From Naegleria gruberi (taxonomy: Eukaryota), in the NCBI GenBank assembly GCA_000004985.1, contig GG738859.1: DNA of 64,000 nucleotides; one strand, written 5' to 3'. Positions 39,857-51,600 of this stretch are shown piece after piece (within the stretch, counting starts at the first letter, position 1; each line of letters opens with the position of its first letter). Position numbers and translations under genes: made by a program. The notes below the pieces were generated by a model. It did not search any database. It was not told the DNA's origin and saw only the letters and a list, made by a program, of their open reading frames with translations.

Positions 39857-42402
39857 TTAATCTGAAAAAACTTGTTTAAACTCTGTTTGTTTTAATTCTT
39901 TACAATCCTCAATCTTCTTATCAATTATTGATTTGACTTCCTTAGCAATCTTGAAATCATCAAACACCAATTTTTTATCAAAAAGAACTAGTGGAGATCC
40001 AAGTTGTTTCCTTTCTGCCACAAGTCTCATTGAAAACTTGTTTTGCTCATTTGTTTTCAGCTAAGCAATAAAATTGTAAGAATAACTATGATATAAATAA
40101 ATAACATACATCAACAGTAAATAATGGAACAGTTTCTTCCACAATTCCAAAACCAATCCTATTAACGTCAACAGTTACAATGTAGAGATAGTTTGCATCA
40201 AAGAAAATATGGCGCATTTCTCTATTATCCTTTTTGGTTGGAGTAACATGACCAACAGGTGTGTTTACATTTGTTCTAGTTGGAGTACCTCCAGGAGCTT
40301 TCTTTGGTGAGCTAGGAACCATTTGAGGAAATGTAATTGGAGAAGTAATACTGCAGCGAATAGTTTCTCTATTGATCATAACAGCTTCCTCTCCAGGACA
40401 ATATTCTGGTTTTGGATTAATAATATCTGAGAGTGATACTAGTTTTTCTCTCCCTAAAATGAGCTTACTCAAAATTGGAGATTTGCATACAAACTCATAT
40501 ATCAATAAAAATTCATGAATTTCAAATCTAGTATTTGTCTCGATCTTCTTATTTGATTTTTGAAGTGGTATTTGATCAAATGGTGATTGTGAAGTTTCGT
40601 TTTCTTCATAATTCATTAATGTAGAAATATCAGAAACAGTGGCATCTGATCTTAAAGAGAATAATCTTTGGTATTGTGTAAATTCCACTTGTAGTTCATC
40701 CAAAAAGTCAAATACACTCAGTTCTGTAAATAATTTTTTCATAACCTCCTTGCACTTGGAAAATTGCTTCTTCAGGGTCGGAAGATAATTTTCAATGTAT
40801 AATGAATTGGTTTCATCCAAACTACTCCATAATGCTGTCAAAATTCTATAAATCATATGGTATGTATTAATTCTCGTTGGTGCACTATGTCCCATCAAGT
40901 AGGTAATAGTGTTAAAGAAACAATTGTCTGACTGATCAAAAGATGACTGATTAACTTCAGAAACTTTAGCCATTCCAATTGTCAATAACGGACCTGTTGG
41001 TGTTGCTGTTATTATTTCTGAATCAATAATATTTGATTATTTGAATTACTTACATTCATTCACAATCATAGAATACATAAAACATAATGAACTCAGTAAT
41101 AGTGACTCATTATCGTTCCTCCTTTGAACTTGATCGAATACCATTTCAATAAATGAATTTTCACATCCTATCTCTTTTGAAAACAGTAGATAAGTTAATC
41201 TCTCTATTAATTCTTCATTTGTAAAAACAGAATAAACTTGAGAAATACAATATAAAATTGTTTCCAATAATAATCCAAACTTATTATCAATGTGATTATG
41301 TTCCTCATCGCTACAAGAGAAACTTATAATTGAATCCCTAATTACTTTCTTGATTGTCAAATCTACAATGGATTCTGTTAATTTTTCATCCATTCCTTCT
41401 ATTTTTGTATTGTAAATATCCTTTAAATAGTATAAATGATCCAACAAATCTGCTGAATAGTCCTCTAACATCCTTATTTGTGACTTGTTTTCTCTTGATT
41501 TAATTATTATATAATTCAAGGAAGAAAGTTGATCTATGAAAAAGTCTGCCAATAAAGAAAAATATGGTGTGGAAACTACATATTTGTGGAGTGCCACATC
41601 ATTGACTTGAGAGAGTTAAATTTTAAAATCCTTGTCAACCTACCACTGTATGTATTCAATGTGATTGTTCTTACTGCAATTCTGATCATGCTATCGGTGT
41701 GATTACAGAACTTTATAGCTTGATCATAAAGAGGGAATCTAGAATTAACCTGAAAATTATTAATACTATCAAATTCATATGAAAACATACGCTGTCAAAA
41801 AAGAATTGAATCATTGATTTGTCAAATTTCAAAGAAATTGTTTTCAGGAAATTAATGTAATAAGCCAAAAGTTCTTCATCCGCAAAATCCAAAGGGTGGT
41901 TAATCAATTCATTGATGTGATTATTGGAGAGTAAAAAATCTAACAAGAAAATTAATTTCCAATGATCATCGAATGTATGTACATACACAGGGAATTTTTG
42001 TTGTTCATATTTTGAATCATAATACTAATAGATTGAATTAATTGTTTCTTGACGTGATTAGGTGAGTTCGGTTGTGATAGTACGTTGAAAAAGAAGTGAA
42101 AGACATTCCTCTCCAAAAACAAGCTTTTCAAAAATTATTATAATTATGTCCGATAAACTTACTCCCAAAATCTTTCATTATGTTTGTCTCCCCACACCAT
42201 CAACTCGGAAATAGATCGTAAAGTTTCAATGACAACATCCGAATTTAATTCATTTATCACTTTGTTTTGTTCCAACACATCACATAATTTACTATTAATA
42301 TTATAAATCCGAATCCATCACATGATGATTGACTTACTTGAGCGTCTCCAAAGAAAATTTTTGAGGTGTTTGCACAAACAAACCCGAGATGAGCTTCCTC
42401 AT
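39857..42402 (-). CDS. CLEC16A: CLEC16A/Ema-family protein (FPL domain), about 685 aa
   Basis: The eight exons are 42402..42338, 42291..42163, 42123..41987, 41939..41791, 41749..41644, 41605..41054, 41005..40110 and 40060..39857. The introns are 46, 39, 47, 41, 38, 48 and 49 nt long. The spliced protein aligns block-for-block with human CLEC16[24 protein letters not shown] matches [49 protein letters not shown] matches [49 protein letters not shown] matches [37 protein letters not shown] matches HLDHLHYLNDI. Confidence 0.8.
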
Positions 42403-43240
42403 TTTTTTAAATTATTAAATACCTCAGCTACAGCTCAATTTCGATTTAGAGTGTTACGTTCAACACAATTAATTGAAATATTTAACCAATATGTCACTTA
42501 TTTATTATAATTTTAAAATTAATAATACTGTACTAAAACTATTATCTATTTTCCAAATAATAATATATATTTTCTAAATACATTTCAGTTCAACACACAA
42601 TACGATTGAACCAAAGTGATCAGTATTAGGTTACAGAGTTGTAGTGACCATTTTTACAATGACTAATTCATTCGTCATCCATTCTTTGTTTTAATACAAT
42701 GATCTTCAGATTGTATGTTTCAGAATAAGTGGTATGAGAGAGAACACTGTTGTTCTGTTACCCAATAAATTGAATAGATATTCAATGTAAATCACACAAG
42801 ATCCTCGTGTTGTTTGACAAACAACGCAATAAAGGCCCTATTTAAAAGTTAAAAAGGTTGCATCTTGTGCCGACAACTCTTCCAAAATCAAGAGTCTTTT
42901 CAACCGCAATTACAGTACTTTTGTACCAGCATCACAAAATTCTTTATCATTGTAAAGCATTTTTACGCAAGCATCCAAGAGCTTCAACAACCTATCCCAC
43001 CAATCTGTTGTGGGGTAAAAAATCCTGAAAAAAATTCTAGCGTTTCACCCTCTCGTTTTTCATCCCACACTTCTCCATTTCCCTCCATTTTAAAATCATA
43101 TTGGGTATCTCCATTCAGTTCCTGTCTGATACAATCACACTAGTTCTTCAAAAACTGTGATTTACCTTCCTGTATATACACAAAACATCCTTTACGAGAG
43201 ACTAATTTTTTCTTCTTGTACAATTATAATTTAAAACAAA

Positions 43241-44705
43241 ATGTCCAAATCTGAGTGGAAATTTCAACAAGTTTTTGGTGATAACAAAAGCGAAGAACCT
43301 GTAGATGGTATAGTATCATTTATTTTCTTATTGTTGTTCTAATGAACTTTTGTTTTAATTTTTTTCTTTTCACAACAATAACAAATTAATTCCTAAACAC
43401 TTTACCATTGGTAAACAGATGATATAATATCAGCATTGGAGTTTGACCGTACTGGTAACTACCTTGCTATTGGTGATAGAGGTGGAAGAGTAGTTGTGTT
43501 GCAACGAAACCAACAAAAGAGGAAAGTTGGAGCGGAATATGGTGTAATGACGGAATTTCAAAGTCATGAAGCCGAATTTGACTACTTGAAGAGTTTAGAA
43601 ATTGAAGAGAAAATTAACAAAATCAAGTGGTATCCATCTAAATGTAATAATAATCTCTTTTTATTAACAACAAACGGTATGTAATTTAAAGTTATATTGT
43701 ATTGTTGTTAACATTTAAACAGACAAGACAATTAAATTTTGGAAGGTTCACGAAAAGCAAAACAAAAAGATTTCCAATCTTAACTTGAATGGTAACATTA
43801 GAAGCGTGAGCGATATTAAGGAATTGAAGATACCATCTGTAAACAAGGCTGAAAATGTTATTTCTCACACACCTAAGAAAATTTTTGCCAATGCACACGC
43901 TTACCACATTAATTCCATCTCTTTCAATACCGATGGAGAAACATTTTTATCAGCTGATGATCTTCGTATCAATTTGTGGCATATTAACCATCAAAAGGAA
44001 AGTCACAACATTGTAGATATAAAGCCATCCAATATGGAAGATTTGTCAGAAGTTATCACCTCTGCTTCATTCCACCCTGAACAATGCAGCACATTTTTGT
44101 ATAGTAGCAGTAAGGGTACGATAAAGTTGGGTGACTTGAGACAATCTAGTACTTGCAGTTCATATGCCAAGGTATTCGAAGTTGAAGAAGATCCATCAAG
44201 CAAGACTTTCTTCTCTGAAATTATTGCCTCTGTTTCCGATGCTCAATTCAGTCCAGATGGTAGATATATCCTTTCAAGAGATTACATGACTCTTAAATTG
44301 TGGGATGTCAAGATGGAAAATAGGCCTTTGAAGGTATTTAACATGCATGAAGGTTTGCGATCAAAATTATGCGATCTCTATGAAAATGATTGTATCTTTG
44401 ATAAGTTTGAATGTTGTTTCAGTGGTGATGGTAGTCAAATCTTGACTGGTTCTTACAAGAATCATATCCATGTTTATGATAAACAAGGAAAGAATCATGA
44501 TCACTTTGAAGCCTCTCCAACCCCAACAATCAAGAAACAAAAAAAGTCAACAGGTCTTTTGACAAGGAAAAGCAAGAAGGAAGATCAATTCGAAGTCTCA
44601 GACTTTTCCAAGAAGTGTCTTCACCTCACTTGGCACCCAACTGAAAATATTATTGCTGTTTCATCAGTGAGCAGTCTCTACATTTTTGCTCAAAATAATA
44701 TTTAA
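43241..44705 (+). CDS. PPP2R2: Protein phosphatase 2A regulatory subunit B (B55/PR55, WD40)
   Basis: The three exons are 43241..43307, 43419..43676 and 43723..44705. The introns are 43308..43418 (GTATAG…AACAG, 111 nt) and 43677..43722 (GTATGT…AACAG, 46 nt). The 435-aa product is co-linear with human PPP2R2[107 protein letters not shown] and [15 protein letters not shown] all match. Confidence 0.9.
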
Positions 44706-44940
44706 AATTCATGTTAATAAAATTAGTATTATTCTTGACAATTTAAACAGTAACTAAGTGAAATAAGATGTAAACATTATCCAAAAGGTCAATGCTTAGG
44801 AAGGAAAGTGAAAGCTTCTTGTTTTGGAACTTAAGTCATTTCACACAAGTGAAAATGAGAGAAAAGATGAAGGAATTCGGATTTTCAAAAACACAAACAT
44901 TTCAAGTATGATTAATTTTAAAAGTTTATTTTGAATAAAT

Positions 44941-45261
44941 TTATTCTTGCTTTCTCTTTGGCTTCATTGGTGGAGCTCTGACCTTTCTACCATCCTTAGA
45001 ACGGACACGAACAATTCTACCGTGGATAGCACAAGAGACACAGTAATGGAGCTTCAAGTACATCTTTGGCAATTCATATTCTTCATAAGCAGAAGCGTCA
45101 CCAATATCCTTGACAGCAGCAGATTCAACAATGCTTCTAACCAAGAACTTCTTGATGGACTTATCCTTTGGGACGCTCTTACCGCAGTTATCACATCTGA
45201 CGGCTCTAGTCTTACCTCTGTTAACCAAAGCTCTACCGTTATTCTTTCTCTTGCTAGTCAT
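44941..45261 (-). CDS. RPS26: 40S ribosomal protein S26 (eS26)
   Basis: The 106-aa [56 protein letters not shown]…[28 protein letters not shown] has the canonical eS26 zinc-ribbon and K/R pattern. A 43-nt intron at 45263..45305 (GTAAGT…CACAAAG) lies in the 5' UTR and ends 1 nt before the ATG. Confidence 0.9.
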   Translation of the reverse strand: MTSKRKNNGRALVNRGKTRAVRCDNCGKSVPKDKSIKKFLVRSIVESAAVKDIGDASAYEEYELPKMYLKLHYCVSCAIHGRIVRVRSKDGRKVRAPPMKPKRKQE

Positions 45262-45657
45262 TCTTTGTGGTGTAAGTAAAAAAAGCGAGAAGAGTGATAA
45301 CTTACTTGTTTGACGATTTTTTTTTCAACAAGATTTCTAAATTTTTGCGGTTAACCACTTGCTGGTTGTTATTACAATAAAAATTTTTGGCTGGGGAAAA
45401 TAACAAAAATGCTTTGATGGCAAACAGCAAGCCTTCAATATTTGCCAAGCAATAACCAGCAAAACTTTATCATAACAAAACCCGAACCTAGATATCTTAT
45501 TATTGGATGATGTATTGTGAGTGTTTGATAAATTTCAAACACGAAAACTCACAATAGAGGTTGTATTTAAAAATAGTTGTTCGTGGTGGAAAGAAAATCA
45601 AAATTTCTTCGTTGTTGTATGGTGAATGGCGCCAAATGATGTTTACAGACAAAAAAA

Positions 45658-48600
45658 ATGAAAAAAGGCTTCCATAACAACTTTTGGACTGGCTCAAACA
45701 ATGATGAAGGCAATGCCTCAAACAGCCAGAACAGAAGAAAACCGGAAGAGTTATCCGCAAAAGCAGAACAATCCAAGTTTTCTAAAACACTCAAAACAAG
45801 ATTGTATTCAAATAGGGATGAAAAACTAAGTCAAGGATCTGATAACATTTCCTTCGCCAAAACAACAAACATTCAAAAACCAAAGGAAATTAAATCAGAA
45901 CAATTTTCATCGACTCAGAAGAGAATGAAACCAAATGACTTGGACTTCTTCAACAAACCAACAGATGAAACAATGCAACTTGTAAATATTAGGAGTCCAA
46001 CACCACAAAATAGGATTGAGGAAGGTGAAATCAAAAGAGAGGCCTTTGACAAATCAACAATAAGATTAAAACCTCTATCATCACAATCACCAAGACTAGA
46101 AATGGATGATTCAAATCCATTGAATCCTCTTAAAAAATCGCCAATGTGGTTCATAGGTTGGTATTTTATTGATTGTTAATATTTTCTTACATTTAAAAGA
46201 ACGACTAAAGAAAAATCCATCCAGTATGGAATATGTCTATCTAGTTCCGTATCAAGATGAAACAAATGAACCTTATAACCCATACAAACTACAAATAGTA
46301 TCACATGCATCAATAGCAGATAAACCAGATTATTATACGCTGAGTGCAACTGGTGTGACACACTTTATTAATGGAGAAGCAGGTTAGTATCAATTTTTTC
46401 GTTCTATTTCATTGAATATTCAATATTTTAGATTTTACTCCATTAACTAGATGGGTTCAAGAACATGATACTTTCCAAAAGATACTCAAAATCAAATTCT
46501 TTGCTAATTTCAGAAAGTGGAAAGCCTTTTATTTCTTTAAAAAGTTGATAACCAGGAAAAAGAGAGCTATTTCTTCTGCTACATTAAACGAAAGACTCTT
46601 TTTCATCAATAATAACAAATCACTAAGAGATATCAGATTAGAATGTATTAAAATAACCGAGTTGGAATTATTTAAAGATAACAAGGGTGAAACCCTAACA
46701 GTTGAAGATTTTACAAAGAGGCAAGAATTACAAAAAGAAGAAGTTAGTCGACAATTGATCGATATTTGTGATGTAATTGCTGATATGATTTACGAAGCTT
46801 GTAGAGATACTATGATTGATGCAGGATTTGGAGACCGATTTGGGGATTTGGATCAAATTCCGGATATTGAACAAAAAAATAAGGATAATGGAAGTACTTT
46901 TGGTTTTGGAAAGAATGAAGAGGAAAATGATGATGAATTCGAAGAAAAGACATCAGTAAATAGATCAATGAGATCTATCTCTGCTAAGAAAGGGAGCAGA
47001 AATAACCTCACAAGTAATTTCCAATCATTCAATATGACATATACAGAAAAATCCTTAAAGAGAAAAGTTTGCAAGAGAATTATTAGTTTTATTAGGTTAT
47101 GCGACTTTTTGGTTTTAGATTCATTGATTGAACTTGTCGAAAAATCTGTTGAAAGAATTTTGCACAAGATTGTTACACTTTCTGAGAATAGTGACAAGAA
47201 CATTGAAGAAGAAATTATGCAGCTAGGTTTAATAGGAACTGAAGATTTAGAAATTGTTCCATTATTTAAAGTAGACATTAGATTCTCTGATCAAAAATTA
47301 CAAATTCTTCCTTCTAAGGAACAATTCGATAAGAGAGTCTCTAAAGTTATTGAGGGATTTTTCGAGGCAATTAGACTTGACAAATTCATTACTAGAAAGA
47401 AATTTGAAGAATACACTGACCCTGTTATTAATGATAAGGGTGCTGATGCTATAGTAAGCGAGGGAATCACAGTTAAAGAAAGAATAACAAGAAGAGAATC
47501 GTATGACAGATTATTGAAGAGTATCAAAGAAACACTTTCTATTGCCTTCAAAGATGTTGAAAAATACGCAAAAGAATACGAACCAATCAAGGTCAAATAT
47601 TTAGAAAACAAGGAAATGTTAGAGACTGAGGTATCTTCTTTAAAGGAAAAAGATTTGCCATTGGAATGGTTCCAAGACGAAATGAACAAGTACAAACATC
47701 AGGATAGAGAGGTTAAACAAATGAGAACATACAAGTATAAGGGAATTTTCTATGTAGATACACAAATGCTAAAAGAAACCTTCTCTCCTTCACCAACAGA
47801 ATGTCTTAAGAAGTTACACATTATTCTTCCAGAATTGTCAAAGGACAAGAATCAAATACTGTACAAAAAATTGGAAAAAGCCATGGAAAGGTTTAAGGCT
47901 TTCCCTGCATCTGTTGAGGACTTTGTAGAATTTTTAAGATTTGTTGAAAAAACAGTCGCTAGTCTGGATGAGTTGGAGACTGAATTCAAGACAGTATCTG
48001 ATTTCTATAAATTAATGGATGATGAGAAAGTTAAGGTTCCAGTGGAAGATAAGAACTTTTTCCAAGATTTTACTGTTTCTACCATATCTACTCTTAGGTC
48101 TTCAATCAGTAGAGCTGAAGACAGCAAAGAAGATCGTATCAATAAGTTCTCTGTCGATCTTAAGAGAAAGATTGATGATCTTAGAGGAGAAATACAAGAT
48201 TTCTTGGAGAAATCAAAAGATCCTATGGTTTCAGATGTAAATTATGCAGATAGTAGGGATAGAATCGAGGACGTAATATCATACCTTATGGATCTTAAGA
48301 ACGGTATGGATAAGGCTCAAAAGAGATCAATAGAGTTGATAGGATATCAAGAACTATTCAAGGTTAAAACTGATAGTATTGATGAAATGCCAATTATTGC
48401 CAAAGAAATTGATCACAAACTCAAACTTTGGACTACCATGAGAAGCTGGAACGATTTTGAATCAGAAAACAAATGTAAAATTTTCAAGGATGTTTCTGCA
48501 GAAGAGGTTAAAAGAAATATTGATAACTTCCAATATACAGCCTCATTCTTGCAAAAGAATTCAGAGGAGGAAAATCCTGTTACAAAGAAACTCTCAGATT

Positions 48601-51600
48601 ATACTGACAACTGGCGATTGGTACTTCCAATCATTGAAGATTTGAAGAATGTCTCTCTTAGAACAAGACATTGGAGAATTTTGGACAATATTGTTGGATC
48701 CACCATATCCGAGAAGAACTTTGAGCTGTCTCTATTGTTCGATTCTGATATTATTGAAAAGAGAAAGAGAATTCAAGAAATTTCTGAACAAGCTTCAAAT
48801 GAAGCTTCACTGGAAGAACAGCTCAAGAAGGTCAAAGAGAACTGGTTCAAATCAGAATTCCCTATCGTTTCACATAAGGATATGACAATTATTGGAAGTG
48901 TTGAAGATATCATGTCATTGTTAGAAGATGACAGAATTGTTCTCTCAACAATTTTAAGTTCAAGATTTGTTACAGCCATCAAGGATCAAGTTGAAGAATT
49001 ATTCAATGATCTCAATTTGATATACTCTACTATTCAAGAAATTATTTATTGTCAAAGAAAGTGGATGTACCTCGAAAATGTTTTTGTATCTGCAGATATT
49101 GCTGCAGAATTGAAGGAAGATCACAAATTATTTGTTTCCATTGACAGATTCTATAAGGAAGCAATGAAGAGGGCAAAAGAAGTTAAGAATGTACACAGAG
49201 TTATTATTGGTGCTGAATCCTCTGTTAAGAGTGGTTTATACGACAAGTTGAGAGTACATAATACTCACCTTGATAGAATTGAAAAGAGTTTGGAAGAATA
49301 TCTTAAGAAGAAGAGAAATCTTTTCCCAAGATTCTACTTCTTGTCCAATGAAGACTTGATCGATATTTTATCGCACACAAGTAACCCACAAGCTGTTCAA
49401 CCATATTTACCACAATGTTTCGAAGGTATGAAAACTCTTGACATTGATTCATCCAAGTACGTAAAGGGTATGATTTCTAAGGAAGGAGAAAGAGTTCAAT
49501 TTGTTTCCACTACAACAAGAGCCGACGATGTAGTTGAAGACTGGTTAAGAGAAGTAGAACAACACATGTTCGACACTCTTCGTCAATTTATGAAAAGAGC
49601 AGTCAGAGATTATCCAAAGAAGGAGAGAACAGTTTGGATGAGAGACCATATTGCTCAAGTTGTATTGACTGTTTCTCAAATTTATTGGAGTTATGATGTT
49701 ACAAATTGTCTTACTTCAGAAAATCCAAGAAAGGAACTAGAAAAGTTTTACGACAAATCTATTGCTTTGCTTAATGATTTAGCTTATTTAACCAGAACAA
49801 AACTTTCATCGAATGAAAGAAAGCTTATTGGTACAATGATTATTTTGGACGTCCACGCCAGAGATGTCATTAAGGCTATGATTGAAGAAGGTGTTAATGA
49901 TGTTAATAACTTTGGTTGGTTGAAACAACTTAGATTCTATTGGGAGTCTGATGTTGATGATTGTATTGTTAGACAATCTAATTCAGTATTCAGATATGGA
50001 TATGAATATGGTGGCATTCAATCTAGACTTGTTATTACACCTCTAACCGATAGAGTTTACATGACTTTAACAGGAGCTCTTCACCTTAACCTTGGTGGCA
50101 GTCCTGAAGGACCTGCTGGTACAGGTAAAACTGAATCTGTAAAGGATTTGTCTAAAGCTTTGGCTAGACCTTGTGTAGTTTATAACTGTTCTGAAGGTGT
50201 TACCTATACAATGATGTACCAATTTTTCAGTGGTATTGTTCAAGTTGGTGCCTGGGCTTGTTTTGACGAATTTAACAGAATTAATGCTGAAGTGTTATCA
50301 GTTATTGCTACTCAATTACTCACTATTCAAGATGCACTAAAGGCTAAAAAGACAAGATTCATGTTGGAAGATGATCAAGAAATTTCTTTGAGACATACTT
50401 GTGGTGTTTTTATTACTATGAATCCTGGTTATGCTGGTCGTACTGAGCTTCCAGATAACTTGAAGGCTCTTTTTAGACCAGTGGCTGTCATGTTACCTGA
50501 CTACAGAATGATTGCCGAAGTTATTTTATTCTCTGAAGGTTATCAAGATGCATTACCTCTCTCTAGAAAGATGACACAATTGTACAAGTTGTCTAACGAA
50601 CAGCTTTCTACACAAGATCACTACGATTTCGGTATGAGAGCTATGAAATCAGTACTTGTTATGGCTGGTGAATTGAAGAGAGCTAATCCTGATTTGAGTG
50701 AAAGCACAACTTTAATGAAGGCCATGATTGACAGTAACCTTCCAAAATTCGTCCAAGAAGATATTTCACTTTTCCAAGGTATTGTTTCAGATTTATTCCC
50801 AGGTATTCAAGCTCCAGAAGAAAAACATGGTGAATTGGAAGTTGGTTTTAGGGATATTATTGCCAGAAAGGGTCTTGAACCTGTGCCGAACTTTATCAAG
50901 AAAGTTGTACAGTTTTATGATACATTAGTGATTCGTCATGGTGTTATGTTAGTTGGACCAACTGGTGGTGGTAAATCTGAAATCAGACATGTTCTCTATG
51001 ATACTATGAACTACCTAAAGGAAGAAAAACGATCAAACTCCTCTAGTGTATACAAAGTTCAACAATACCTTTTGAATCCAAAATCAATTACATATGGAGA
51101 ATTGTATGGTGTTCTTAATATGACTACCCAAGAATGGTTTGATGGTTTAATCCCGTACTTTGCAAGAAAAGCTACCAAGGACACATCTGAAGACAAGAAA
51201 TGGATTATTTTTGATGGCCCTGTTGATACTCTCTGGATTGAAAGTATGAACTCTGTTTTGGATGACAGTAAGCTTCTTTGTTTAGATAATACTGAGCGTA
51301 TCCAATTGAATGATAAGATCAGCTTCATATTTGAGGTTCAGGATTTGGCTGTAGCTTCTCCAGCTACAGTCAGTAGATGTGGTATGGTTTTCGTGGATCC
51401 AGTTGAATTGGGTTGGAAGCCATATGTTTCATCGTGGTTGAGAAATTCTACCGTTTCTGCTTTGAGCTCGGAAAATAAGGATGTATTAGAAAAGCTCTTT
51501 GATGATTATGTTCAAGACGGACTTGATTTTATCAGAAATGAATGTTTTGAAGAAGTGCCAAGTAATAATTTGAACTTGGTTACAAGTTTGTGTGGTCTTA

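Noticed and set aside
41576-41988. CLEC16A read as a frameshifted pseudogene or an assembly indel
   Set aside because: A 41-nt GTATGT…TTTTCAG intron at 41750..41790 reconciles the two frames. It reproduces the exact spacing of the human protein across the junction. Introns of this size are common throughout the window.
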